This document shows, piece by piece, positions 43,201-50,746 of a DNA stretch of 64,000 nt. Below the pieces are notes generated by a model. It did no database searches. It was given only the letters and a program-made list of their open reading frames with translations, and was not told where the DNA came from. The position numbers and the translations under genes are program-made. This stretch comes from Bacteroidetes bacterium GWF2_38_335 (GTDB lineage: Bacteria; Bacteroidota; Bacteroidia; Bacteroidales; GWF2-38-335): the NCBI GenBank assembly GCA_001769535.1, contig MEOH01000005.1, positions 67,839 through 131,838 on the forward strand. The letters are read 5' to 3'. Position 1 is the first letter of the stretch. Every line of letters starts with the position of its first letter.

Positions 43201-46200
43201 CTTCGGCAACCGTGACTGAACCAGCAACCCTTACCGTTTCAATTATATCTTCCTCAGATGTAACTGTATTTGGTTCTTCTGATGGAAGCGCAACTGCAGG
43301 TGCCGCTGCCGGTACAGCTCCTTATTCTTATGACTGGTCGCCCAACGGATTTACAGGTGATGGTACAGCAACTTATTCAGGATTACCCTCAGGAACATAT
43401 ACCGTAACCGTTACGGATGCAAACGGTTGTACAGCAACAACTTCTGTTATAATTAATGAGCCGGGAGCAATTGTCCTTGCAACAACCACTGTTGATGCCT
43501 CATGTAATGGAACTTGCGATGGTGAAGCAACCGTATCTGTGACATCTGGTGGTGTACCACCTTTTACCTATTTGTGGACTGGAGGCGCAACGACCTCAGC
43601 AGTTACCGGTTTATGCGCCGGCACATATTCTGTTGTTGTTACAGATGACAATGGAGGAACTGCTACTGCTTCAGTAACCATAAATCAGCCAAGCTCATTA
43701 ACTGCTGCTATTTCCGCAACTGTAAATGTAAGCTGTAATGGTGGTTCAAATGGTTCAGCAACAGTAACTGCCGGTGGAGGAACTCCTTCATATACTTATT
43801 TATGGAATGATCCTGCTCCTGCTCAAACAACAGTTACTGCTACTGGCTTAACTGCAGGCAGCTGGACTGTTACTGTTACCGATGCCAATGGTTGTACTAT
43901 TGCCACAACAGCAACCATTACACAGCCAGCAGCTTTGACTGCTTCGGCAGTTGGGACGCCTGCATTATGTAATGGTGCATGCGATGGAACAGCAAACTTA
44001 ACTGTTTCAGGAGGTACAGCAGCTTATTCATATGTCTGGTCAAATGGTTTCACATCCGAAGACCTTACCGGACTTTGTGCAAATACATATAACGTAACAG
44101 TTACAGATGCTCAGGGATGTACAGCTAATGCTTCTGTTACAATTACTCAGCCGGTTATTTTAACAGCAGCCATAACTTCATCATCGGACGTTACAATTTT
44201 TGGTGCATCCGATGGAAGTGCTACAGTGGCAGGATCTAATGGAACCCCTCCATATTCTTATGATTGGTCTCCCAATGGATTCACAGGTGATGGAACTGCA
44301 ACTTATTCAGGATTGCCTGTAGGAACTTACACTGTTACAATTACCGACGCCAACGGTTGTACTGCAACAGCTTCAGTAACAATTAATGAACCGGGTGCAA
44401 TTGTTTTGACAACAACAACTGTTGATGTTTCCTGTAACGGTATTTGTGATGGTGAAGCAACAGTAGCTGTGGTTTCAGGTGGTGTACCTACATTTAACTA
44501 TTTATGGCCATCGGGAGGTACAGCAACACTTGAAACCGGCTTGTGTGCCGGCTCCTATACTGTTACTGTTACCGACGCTAATGGAGGAACAGCAACAGCA
44601 ACTGTAACAATAAATCAGCCAACTGCATTGACTGTTAGCATCATTGCTTCATCAAATGTAAGTTGTAATGGTGGAAGCGATGGAACAGCTACTTTGTCAG
44701 CAGGCGGAGGAACTCCGGCTTATACATATTTATGGTCAAATGGAAATACTGGTGTTACCGCGACAGGTTTAGCTGCCGGTTCACACTCGGTTGTTGTTAC
44801 CGATGCCAATGGCTGTACAGCAACCGTATCAGTTACTATAACACAACCGGCTATTCTGACTGCATCTGCTACCGGAATTAATGCACTTTGCTCTGGTAGT
44901 TGTAACGGATCTGCAAATTTAACTGTTGCAGGTGGTACTGTAACTTACTCATACAACTGGACAACAGGCGAAGCCATTGAGGATGTCTCGGGATTATGCG
45001 CCGGAACATACTCTGTTACTGTTACAGATTCTGAAGGATGTACTGCCACCGCTTCGGTTACAATAAATGAGCCAACAGTTTTAACTGCAACCACATCTAC
45101 TCTTAATTCAAATTGCAGCCAGTCTGATGGTGAGGCCTCAGTGGTTGCATCAGGCGGAACACCTGTTTATACTTACTTGTGGTCTTCAGGAGGAAACGGA
45201 TCAACTGAAACCGGAATTCCTTCAGGAAACTACTTTGTTACTGTTACTGATGCCAATGGTTGTTCAGTTGTTCAATCTGCAACTGTTACAGATTTATCTG
45301 GTGGTACAGTATCTATTACATCTCAAACAAACGTAAGCTGCTTTGGCGGAAACAACGGTTCTGCAACCGCTACTCCAGTTGGCGGAACAGCTCCATATAA
45401 CTATTTATGGTCAAGTGGTGGTGTTACAGCAACAGCAACAGGATTAACTGTAGGTACATACACAGTCACTGTTACTGATGATGTAGGATGCGCAGCATCT
45501 ACATCAGTCACAATTACTGAGCCTACTGTTTTCTCAGCAGCAATAACCGCAACTACAAATGTTAGCTGCTTTGGTGGAAACAATGGAAGTTTAACTGTTA
45601 CAGCCAATGGTGGCGTACCTGCTTATACATACTTGTGGACAGGCGGCAGCACTTCAGGCACTGCTACCGGACTTGTGGCTGGTACATATACCGTTACAGT
45701 TACTGATGTTAACGGATGTACTGCACAGGCCACAGGAATCATCACTCAGCCTACAGCGCTGACTGCTGCAGTTACTTTTTCTTCTAACCTGACCTGCTTC
45801 AACTCGACAAATGGCCAGGCTACAGTTACAGCTTCAGGTGGAACTACACCATACTCATATACATGGGATGGCGGTTCAACTCCCACTTCAGATGCCAACA
45901 CAGGTTTCAGTGCAGGAACATTTAATGTGACTGTTACTGATGCAAATTTATGTACTGCCACAGCATCTGTTACAATAACACAACCTACAGCACTGGTTTT
46001 GGTAATGTCAGGAGTAAATGAAAACTGTGGTCAGGAAAATGGCTCTGCTTCTGTTGTAGCATCAGGTGGAACTGTGACTACCGGTTATGTTTACGATTGG
46101 GATGATGTTATGAACTCAACCACCTCAACAGCTTCGAACTTGTCAGCTGGTACATATTGTGTAACAGTAACCGATAATAATGGTTGTACAGCCACAAACT

Positions 46201-49200
46201 GTACTGTTATTTCCAATATTTCTCCGGGTACCTTGACTCTAACCCATACAGATATCACTTGTAATGGTGCCTGCGATGGAGTAGCTACGGCTTCATTTGC
46301 CGGTGGTGTTCTTCCTTTATCCTACGAGTGGAACGATCCTGCAAGTCAAACTACATCAACTGCGACCAATCTTTGCCCGGGTTTATATCAGGTAAGTGTA
46401 ACCGATGCGGTTGGATGTCTTGTTAAAGATACCCTGACAATAACTGAACCCCCTGCCATCAGCAATGTATTTACTTCTGTCAATCCTATGTGCAACGGCG
46501 CTTGTGATGGAAGCATAACAGCAACTCCGGCCGGTGGCACACCGGGTTATTCATACGATTGGAGTGATCCGATGATGCAAACCACTATTACAGCAACAGG
46601 CTTATGCGTAGGAACATTTACAGTCACAATTACCGACAATAATGGTTGTACTTTTACCGATAATGCTACCCTTACTGAACCCGCTGCCATGGTAATAACA
46701 GGTGTTGCATTGGATGCCCATTGCGGCCAGGCAGATGGTGAATTAAATATCACTGTTACAAATGGTGTTGCTCCGTTTACCTATATTTGGAATAATGGTG
46801 AAACAACTGAGGATGTTGTCCATTTGTTGGCGGGGTCATATTGTGTGACTGCAACAGATGCAAACGGATGTACAGCTACAAACTGCTTTACTATTAATAA
46901 TATTTCTGGACCAACAGCATCTATCACCGCTTCAACAAATATCAGCTGTTTTGGTGTGTGTGACGGAACTGCAACGGTTACTGCATCCGGAGGAACACCT
47001 CCTTATTATTATCTGTGGACAGGTGGTCAGATTACCCAATCTGCAACCAACCTTTGCGCAGGCAGCCAGGCAGTAACAGTTACTGATGATGCAGGATGCG
47101 CTGCTTCGGCAAACGTTACACTTACCCAGCCTGTGGCTCTGACCTCAAACAGCTCTTCCACACAGCCGTTATGTAACGGAGGATGTGACGGTACAGCTAC
47201 GGTTAATGCCTTTGGCGGAACAACTCCGTATGTTTATTTATGGAATGCTGGTGGAGCTACTACCAGTCAGTTCAACACAGGATTGTGCGACGGCTCATAC
47301 ACTGTTGTCGTGACTGACAACCATGGATGTACCACATCACAAACTGTAAACGTGACCGAACCTACTTTCATAGCGCTCACAACAGCTATGACTCCGGCCA
47401 CCTGCTTTGGCTATTGTGATGGCAATGCAACCGTATTTCCAATAGGAGGAACAGTCACAACAGGTTATGACTATTTGTGGAGTGATCCTGCAGCCCAAAC
47501 AACACAATCTGCTTCAGGATTATGCGCCGGATCATACACCGTGACAGTAACCGATGACAATGGCTGTACTGCTACAATTTCTGTTACAGTTTCCGAACCT
47601 ACCCTGCTTACTGCTTCAATTGGCAGTTCCCAGGATGTACAGTGTAATGGAGCTTGTGATGGCTGGGCAGACGTTAACTATGCAGGCGGAACTCCGGGCT
47701 ATACCTTTAACTGGTCGGCCGGCGGAACAACCGAAATGGTAAATGCTTTATGTGCAGGAAACCATTCTGTTACCGTAACAGACGGAAACGGATGTACTGC
47801 ATCTGCAAATATTACACTTACAGAACCTGCAGCGCTCAGTCTTGTTTTGATTCCTACTAACGAAGAATGTTATGCCGCATGCGATGGTTCAATTAATACT
47901 GTGATTACAGGTGGTACAACTCCATATGATTTCAGTTGGACAAATGCAGCTTCAACCGAAGATGTTACCGGATTATGTGTTGGTTCATATTGTGTGACTG
48001 TCACCGATGATCATGGTTGTACAATAAACAACTGTGCTTCAATAAGCGGTCCGTCTATACTTGATATTACTGTAACATCAATACAGCATGCCCATTGTGG
48101 ATTAAATGATGGTTCCGCAACTGTTTCAATAATTGGAGGAGTTGTGCCTTATTCATATAGCTGGTCAAACGGAAGTATGACAAATTCAATAATTGATGTT
48201 TTATCAGGAAACTATACTTTAACTGTAACCGACGGAAATGGCTGTACAGCTGTTGAAGTTGTAAGTATATCTGACCTTGATGGTCCGAATGTGGATAACA
48301 TAGCAGTTATCAACGTGAGCTGTTTTGGTGGAAGCAACGGTTCATTGGTTGCCTCAGCATCAGGTGGAACAGGAGCGTTGACTTACCTTTGGAATAACGG
48401 TACACCGACTGCTGCCAATACTGGTTTGACTGCCGGAATTTATACAGTTACTGTTACCGATGCAACTGGATGTTTTGCTACTGGTAATGCCACTGTAACT
48501 CAGCCAACACTGCTCACAATTAACATCAATTCAACAACCGATCCATATTGTTTCGGAGGTTCTGATGGAAGTGCGTCCTCAATTGCATTCGGAGGAACTA
48601 CAGCATATACATATCTGTGGTCAAATGGAAACACCGGATCCAGTGCAACCGGATTATCAATGGGATCGGTTAGTGTTACGGTTACTGATGCTTATGGATG
48701 TACTGCAACCGATACTGATGTACTTGATCAGCCAACTCAGGTTGTAATTACAGAGGTGTCAAACAATCCATCAACCTGCTTCGGCTATGATAATGCTGTC
48801 GTAGAGATTGCGGTAACAGGCGGAACTCCGGTTTATGACATCATGTGGATGGAATCAGGTAATACCAACTCAATTGAAGGCAACCTGGCTCCGGGTACCC
48901 ATTCTGTTTGTGTAACTGATGACCATGGATGTATGGTTTGTGATGACTTTGTTACCACTGAACCTACAGGTATTGTTGCAACAACTGATTCAGATCCTAC
49001 AACCTGTGATCTGCCTAATGGTTCAGCTTATATTACTTCAATTTCGGGTGGAACAGGATCATATTCATATCTGTGGAGTCCAAGTAACCAAACAAGTTCA
49101 GTTGCAACCGGACTGGCCGAAGGCGATCATATTCTGAATATCTCTGACGGAAATGGTTGTACTGTGACTTATACAGTAACTGTTGGATCAATTCCTGCGC

Positions 49201-50696
49201 CAACCTGGTTATATATTGAAACTGACAGCGTTTCATGCTTTGGAGGTTCAGACGGATCTGCACAGATACAGTCAAGTGATGCCGTATTGCCGTATTCTTA
49301 TGAATGGTCAAATGGACAAACAAGCCCAGTTTCAACCGGTATGCCGGTTGGTCAATATTGGTTGACAATAACTGATGCCAATGGCTGTGTGATATCGCAA
49401 ATTTTTACTGTTAACCAACCGCCTCAGATTGTAATTAATGCCAATGGTGCGACAACAATCTGTCAGGGTCAGGCTACAACTATTTCGGCAAGTGCTGGAG
49501 GCGGAGTGCCGCCATATACTTACTACTGGTCAGACCCGTCATTTAATAATGAACCGGCACAATATGTTCATCCAAGTTTCTCAACAACATACACTGTTTT
49601 TGTTGTGGACGCAAATGGTTGTACTTCTTCAAACGCTGTGGTTGAGATTACCGTTAATCCTCCAATTGATGTTGCTGCAATTCCGGCTGAAATCGCAATT
49701 TGTATCGGAGAATCAACTACATTGATTTCAAGTGCTACTGGTGGCGACGGCGGACCTTACAACTATATATGGACCGGATCGACCGATCATGATAATCAGA
49801 TTGTCGTAAGTCCAACCAGTACAACTGTATATGAAGTTTATGCAACCGACGGTTGTGGTTCACCTTCAGACACTGCTTATGTAAATGTAATTGTTCAGGA
49901 ACCTCCTTTAATTAATGTCACTGCAGATGTTTATGAAGGTTGTGAACCGGTTACTGTTACTTTTAGCAATTTCACAACAGAAGACAGTGTTTCATACGTT
50001 TGGAACTTTGGAGATCCGTCTTCAGGTACCAACAACGTTTCAACACTTGAAGATCCGACTCACGAGTTTATTAACCCGGGAACCTACGACATTTCAATTA
50101 CTGCAATCAGTTCAGCAGGCTGTGAATCATCACAAACTTACGAAAACATGATTCATGTGTATGCAATTCCGGAAGCAGCATTTAATGCATTCCCAATGGT
50201 AACTTCTGTATTCCATTCAAATGTTGATTTCTATAACGCCTCTGAAGATGCCAATGAATATTATTGGTCATTTGGAGATGGTCATGAATCAATTATGGAA
50301 AACCCGAGTAATCATTACGATGCTGCAGGAACCTATCATGTGATGCTGGTTGTTGAAAGCGACTATGGTTGCGTTGATACTGCTTATGGTGAAATAATCA
50401 TTCAGGAAGAAGTTACTTTCTACGCTCCGACCGGTATTACTCCGGGTAATGGCGGAAGAAACCAGTTCTTTGTTCCGGTTAGTATCGGAATGGATGAAGA
50501 CACTTACCATATTGCTATTTACGACCGCTGGGGTGAAATCATTTTTGAATCAAATGACTTTACAGATTATTGGAACGGACGATTCCAGGGCACCGGCGAA
50601 TTTGTTGAGCTTGGTACTTATACCTGGTTGGTAACATTCAGGGATATTAACGGAGTTCATCATGAATTTGCGGGCTCGGTTACCGTAATAAGATAA
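34233..50696 (+). CDS. Giant T9SS type-B cargo surface protein (5487 aa) with dozens of SprB repeats
   Basis: Signal peptide; PANDNC; CTDGIQNGTETGIDCGG; CUB-like; PKD; EHSYIGDL; long SprB-repeat array; PKD; IYDRWGEIIF..WNG..GTYTW..GSVTVIR. Confidence 0.92.
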   Translation: MRRDLIRLVFFLALFALSNNVFSAAAPANDNCAGATPLTVNATCTYSNYTNVNATESVAPVPGCANWIAGSMEDVWFSVTVPASGQIILDTQTGGITDGGMAIYSGTCGALTLIECDDDDSGNGLMPYINRTGLTPGSTIYIRVWEYGGDVTGTFGICAYSPVPTCTDGIQNGTETGIDCGGTCPACGVGSTCATANVIAALPYTGTATTCGAVNDYDSGDACASSYMNGQDYLYQYTPATNQVVNIALTGTLTYTGVFVYDGCPGQGATNCVGMNTNSAGNPAINCLSLPAGDTYYIMVDTWPSPDCTPFTINITSSAATAPVTINACSGTFYDTGGAGGNYGACQDYVVTYCPSTPGMVIEVNFTTWNVEPGTNDDQMIVHDGNSVGSPTMFFADGLNSGLGQVQASITNPTGCLTFEWTSDDDAITGPGWAATISCSYPCQLVQSTITSTTPAASAGYINICQGQNVAFNATGTYPQNGTYYTQANSTSTFTWDFGDGTQLSGVNLTSVNHTYPTEGGYNVNLTITDVNGCESTNNINIRVRVSMTPHFVGTNTNDNTLCLGQCATLTGLIQPQPFVMPTGQVLADTTFLPDGSGVTYTTSLEFNNFSPGQVLTASTDIVDICCEIEHSYIGDLIVWIECPNGATTMLFDGNLSPTLYQYLGVPLGGSGHSTYDNTPLTDPTVNLPGTPWNYCFDMTAGTQINATATPGDQSIPAGDYHPQGTWADLIGCPLNGTWTIHITDDVGADNGWIYSWGINFLPSIYPPLWSFTNTYPTQWWTGNGVTGTNPATACPTVAGVQNYVFHTTDNYGCSYDTTITITVTGLTVTTSHVNPTCNGYSNGTATVTAVTGGTAPYTYLWNDPAPAQTTATCTGLPAGTWSVTVTDANGCQGYSSQTLTNPPGMTIAVTGAATTCGLNNGSATATITAGNNPYDYLWSSGQLTNNTNSLTNTISSLPAGTYTVTVTDDDGCTVSGSYVVAASTAPVSTPTHNGNDCFNGNSVNFTNNGTHGGTYAWSFPGGATPATSTTENPTNVSWPAAGTYTVTLTVTLGGCTATNTVNVTIYPRPTITITPTNPTCFGYTNGQAVAVVSSGTAPYTYVWNDPAPVQTTATCTGLGAGTWSVTVSDANGCTNTASTTLTQPAVLTASASSTNVLCNGACTGTASATGVGGTAPYSYSWSNGSTNANLTNLCIGAYTVTVTSTGGCTASTSVNITSPPALTASIVPTNVVCNGASTGAANLTPGGGNGTYTYLWSSGQTTQDLASIPAGTYTVTVTDGNGCTITASTTITQPTAVTASISAQTNVSCNGGSNGSATVAAGGGTAPYTYLWNDPAPQQTTATATGLTAGTWTVTVTSTGGCTTTASVTITQPPALTASITAQTNVACNGGATGSATVTPTGGTAPYTYAWNDPAPIQTTATATALTAGTWTVTVTSVGGCTTTASVTITQPPVLTASITAQTNILCNGGSNGSATVTAAGGTAPYTYLWNDPAPAQTTATATALTAGTWTVTVTSVGGCTATASVTITQPTLLTSAITAQTNVACNGGATGSATVTPAGGTAPYTYAWNDPAPIQTTATATALTAGTWNVTVTDANGCTSLSSVTITQPAALTATITAQTNILCNGGATGSATVTAGGGTPAYTYLWNDPAPAQTTATATALTAGTWTVTVTSVGGCTATASVTITQPTLLTSAITAQTNVACNGGATGSATVTPTGGTAPYTYAWNDPAPIQTTATATALTAGTWNVTVTDANGCTSTTSVTITQPPVLTASITAQTNILCNGGSNGTATVTAGGGTAPYTYLWNDPAPAQTTATATALTAGTWTVTVTSVGGCTATASVTITQPTLLTSAITAQTNVACNGGATGSATVTPTGGTAPYTYAWNDPAPIQTTATATALTAGTWNVTVTDANGCTSTTSVTITQPAPVTAAITAQTNIACNGGATGTATVTAGGGTPAYSYLWNDPAPAQTTATVTALTAGTWNVTVTDANGCTATTSVTITQPVALTASAVGTNPGCNGATTGSVDLTPAGGTVAYSYSWSNGATSQDISGVLAGTYTVTVTDANGCTATASATITAPPALTASIAGTNAGCNGASTGAANLTPGGGTPAYTYAWSSGPTTQDLTNIPAGTYTVTVTDANGCTITSSYTVTQPTALTASIAGTNAGCNGASTGAANLTPGGGTPAYTYAWSSGPTTQDLTNIPAGTYTVTVTDANGCTITASYTVTQPTAVTASISASTNVSCNGGSNGSATVTPGGGTPAYTYLWNDPAPAQTTATCTGLTAGTWTVTVTDANGCTQTATATITQPVVLTVAGSHTNVTCNAACNGSATATPAGGTAPYTYSWNDPGFQTTATTTSTLCAGTFSVTVTDANGCTATTSQTITQPVAITVTMSSVDASCGGSDGSASVVAAGGTPGYTYLWNSGGTTSTINLIPSGSYTVTVTDANGCTIAGTVSVNDGGAPTATITASTNVSCNGACDGTATVSAVGGTAPYTYNWSSVGNTATETGICAGTVSVTVTDAFGCVSTANVAITQPTALNASITASTNVSCNGGSNGSATVSASGGTAPYTYLWNDPAPAQTTPTSTALTAGSWTVTVTDAHGCTITATATITQPTLLTAAITATTNVSCNGGNNGSATVTASNGTPGYTYSWPAGGSLSTQTNLAVGSYTVTVTDLNGCTATATATITQPTALTASIAGTNAGCNGASTGAADLTPGGGTPVYTYAWSSGPITQDLTNIPSGTYTVTVTDVNGCTVSANTTITQPTALTASVTGTNAGCNGASTGAADLTPGGGTPAYTYAWSSGPTTQDLTNIPSGTYTVIVTDANGCTISASTTITQPTAVTAAITGTTNVSCNGGSDGTATVTAGGGTPAYTYLWNDPAPAQTSLTATGLTVGSWTVTVTDANGCSVSAIATITQPTPLTASATATNALCNGACDGTTNLTVSGGTAAYSYNWSNGFTSEDLTGLCANSYSVTVTDAEGCTATASATVTEPATLTVSIISSSDVTVFGSSDGSATAGAAAGTAPYSYDWSPNGFTGDGTATYSGLPSGTYTVTVTDANGCTATTSVIINEPGAIVLATTTVDASCNGTCDGEATVSVTSGGVPPFTYLWTGGATTSAVTGLCAGTYSVVVTDDNGGTATASVTINQPSSLTAAISATVNVSCNGGSNGSATVTAGGGTPSYTYLWNDPAPAQTTVTATGLTAGSWTVTVTDANGCTIATTATITQPAALTASAVGTPALCNGACDGTANLTVSGGTAAYSYVWSNGFTSEDLTGLCANTYNVTVTDAQGCTANASVTITQPVILTAAITSSSDVTIFGASDGSATVAGSNGTPPYSYDWSPNGFTGDGTATYSGLPVGTYTVTITDANGCTATASVTINEPGAIVLTTTTVDVSCNGICDGEATVAVVSGGVPTFNYLWPSGGTATLETGLCAGSYTVTVTDANGGTATATVTINQPTALTVSIIASSNVSCNGGSDGTATLSAGGGTPAYTYLWSNGNTGVTATGLAAGSHSVVVTDANGCTATVSVTITQPAILTASATGINALCSGSCNGSANLTVAGGTVTYSYNWTTGEAIEDVSGLCAGTYSVTVTDSEGCTATASVTINEPTVLTATTSTLNSNCSQSDGEASVVASGGTPVYTYLWSSGGNGSTETGIPSGNYFVTVTDANGCSVVQSATVTDLSGGTVSITSQTNVSCFGGNNGSATATPVGGTAPYNYLWSSGGVTATATGLTVGTYTVTVTDDVGCAASTSVTITEPTVFSAAITATTNVSCFGGNNGSLTVTANGGVPAYTYLWTGGSTSGTATGLVAGTYTVTVTDVNGCTAQATGIITQPTALTAAVTFSSNLTCFNSTNGQATVTASGGTTPYSYTWDGGSTPTSDANTGFSAGTFNVTVTDANLCTATASVTITQPTALVLVMSGVNENCGQENGSASVVASGGTVTTGYVYDWDDVMNSTTSTASNLSAGTYCVTVTDNNGCTATNCTVISNISPGTLTLTHTDITCNGACDGVATASFAGGVLPLSYEWNDPASQTTSTATNLCPGLYQVSVTDAVGCLVKDTLTITEPPAISNVFTSVNPMCNGACDGSITATPAGGTPGYSYDWSDPMMQTTITATGLCVGTFTVTITDNNGCTFTDNATLTEPAAMVITGVALDAHCGQADGELNITVTNGVAPFTYIWNNGETTEDVVHLLAGSYCVTATDANGCTATNCFTINNISGPTASITASTNISCFGVCDGTATVTASGGTPPYYYLWTGGQITQSATNLCAGSQAVTVTDDAGCAASANVTLTQPVALTSNSSSTQPLCNGGCDGTATVNAFGGTTPYVYLWNAGGATTSQFNTGLCDGSYTVVVTDNHGCTTSQTVNVTEPTFIALTTAMTPATCFGYCDGNATVFPIGGTVTTGYDYLWSDPAAQTTQSASGLCAGSYTVTVTDDNGCTATISVTVSEPTLLTASIGSSQDVQCNGACDGWADVNYAGGTPGYTFNWSAGGTTEMVNALCAGNHSVTVTDGNGCTASANITLTEPAALSLVLIPTNEECYAACDGSINTVITGGTTPYDFSWTNAASTEDVTGLCVGSYCVTVTDDHGCTINNCASISGPSILDITVTSIQHAHCGLNDGSATVSIIGGVVPYSYSWSNGSMTNSIIDVLSGNYTLTVTDGNGCTAVEVVSISDLDGPNVDNIAVINVSCFGGSNGSLVASASGGTGALTYLWNNGTPTAANTGLTAGIYTVTVTDATGCFATGNATVTQPTLLTININSTTDPYCFGGSDGSASSIAFGGTTAYTYLWSNGNTGSSATGLSMGSVSVTVTDAYGCTATDTDVLDQPTQVVITEVSNNPSTCFGYDNAVVEIAVTGGTPVYDIMWMESGNTNSIEGNLAPGTHSVCVTDDHGCMVCDDFVTTEPTGIVATTDSDPTTCDLPNGSAYITSISGGTGSYSYLWSPSNQTSSVATGLAEGDHILNISDGNGCTVTYTVTVGSIPAPTWLYIETDSVSCFGGSDGSAQIQSSDAVLPYSYEWSNGQTSPVSTGMPVGQYWLTITDANGCVISQIFTVNQPPQIVINANGATTICQGQATTISASAGGGVPPYTYYWSDPSFNNEPAQYVHPSFSTTYTVFVVDANGCTSSNAVVEITVNPPIDVAAIPAEIAICIGESTTLISSATGGDGGPYNYIWTGSTDHDNQIVVSPTSTTVYEVYATDGCGSPSDTAYVNVIVQEPPLINVTADVYEGCEPVTVTFSNFTTEDSVSYVWNFGDPSSGTNNVSTLEDPTHEFINPGTYDISITAISSAGCESSQTYENMIHVYAIPEAAFNAFPMVTSVFHSNVDFYNASEDANEYYWSFGDGHESIMENPSNHYDAAGTYHVMLVVESDYGCVDTAYGEIIIQEEVTFYAPTGITPGNGGRNQFFVPVSIGMDEDTYHIAIYDRWGEIIFESNDFTDYWNGRFQGTGEFVELGTYTWLVTFRDINGVHHEFAGSVTVIR
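38100..40250 (+). repeat. Intragenic tandem repeats, 237-bp unit with 474-bp higher-order period
   Basis: caacatta(t/c)tgacttctgccatcacagctcaaaccaacgtagcttgtaatggtgg starts at 38827, 39301 and 39775; array boundaries approximate. Confidence 0.85.
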
Positions 50697-50705
50697 TGCC
50701 AAAAT

Positions 50706-50746
50706 AAAAAAGAGGCTGTCTAAATTCTAGACAGCCTCTTTTTTTT
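50706..50746. terminator. Bidirectional intrinsic terminator
   Basis: AAAAAAGAGGCTGTCTA...TAGACAGCCTCTTTTTTTT between convergent genes. Confidence 0.88.

Noticed and set aside
38100-44620. Regularly spaced DNA repeats as CRISPR or DGR template/variable repeats
   Set aside because: They are in-frame protein repeats; differences look mostly synonymous rather than adenine-specific, and no reverse transcriptase is present
22391-50634. Many 60-120 aa alternative-frame and antisense ORFs inside the giant genes
   Set aside because: Shadow ORFs caused by repetitive Thr/Ala/Gly codon usage
34233-50696. Naming the giant proteins sprB
   Set aside because: SprB repeats occur in many T9SS cargo proteins, and the sprC/sprD/sprF context is absent
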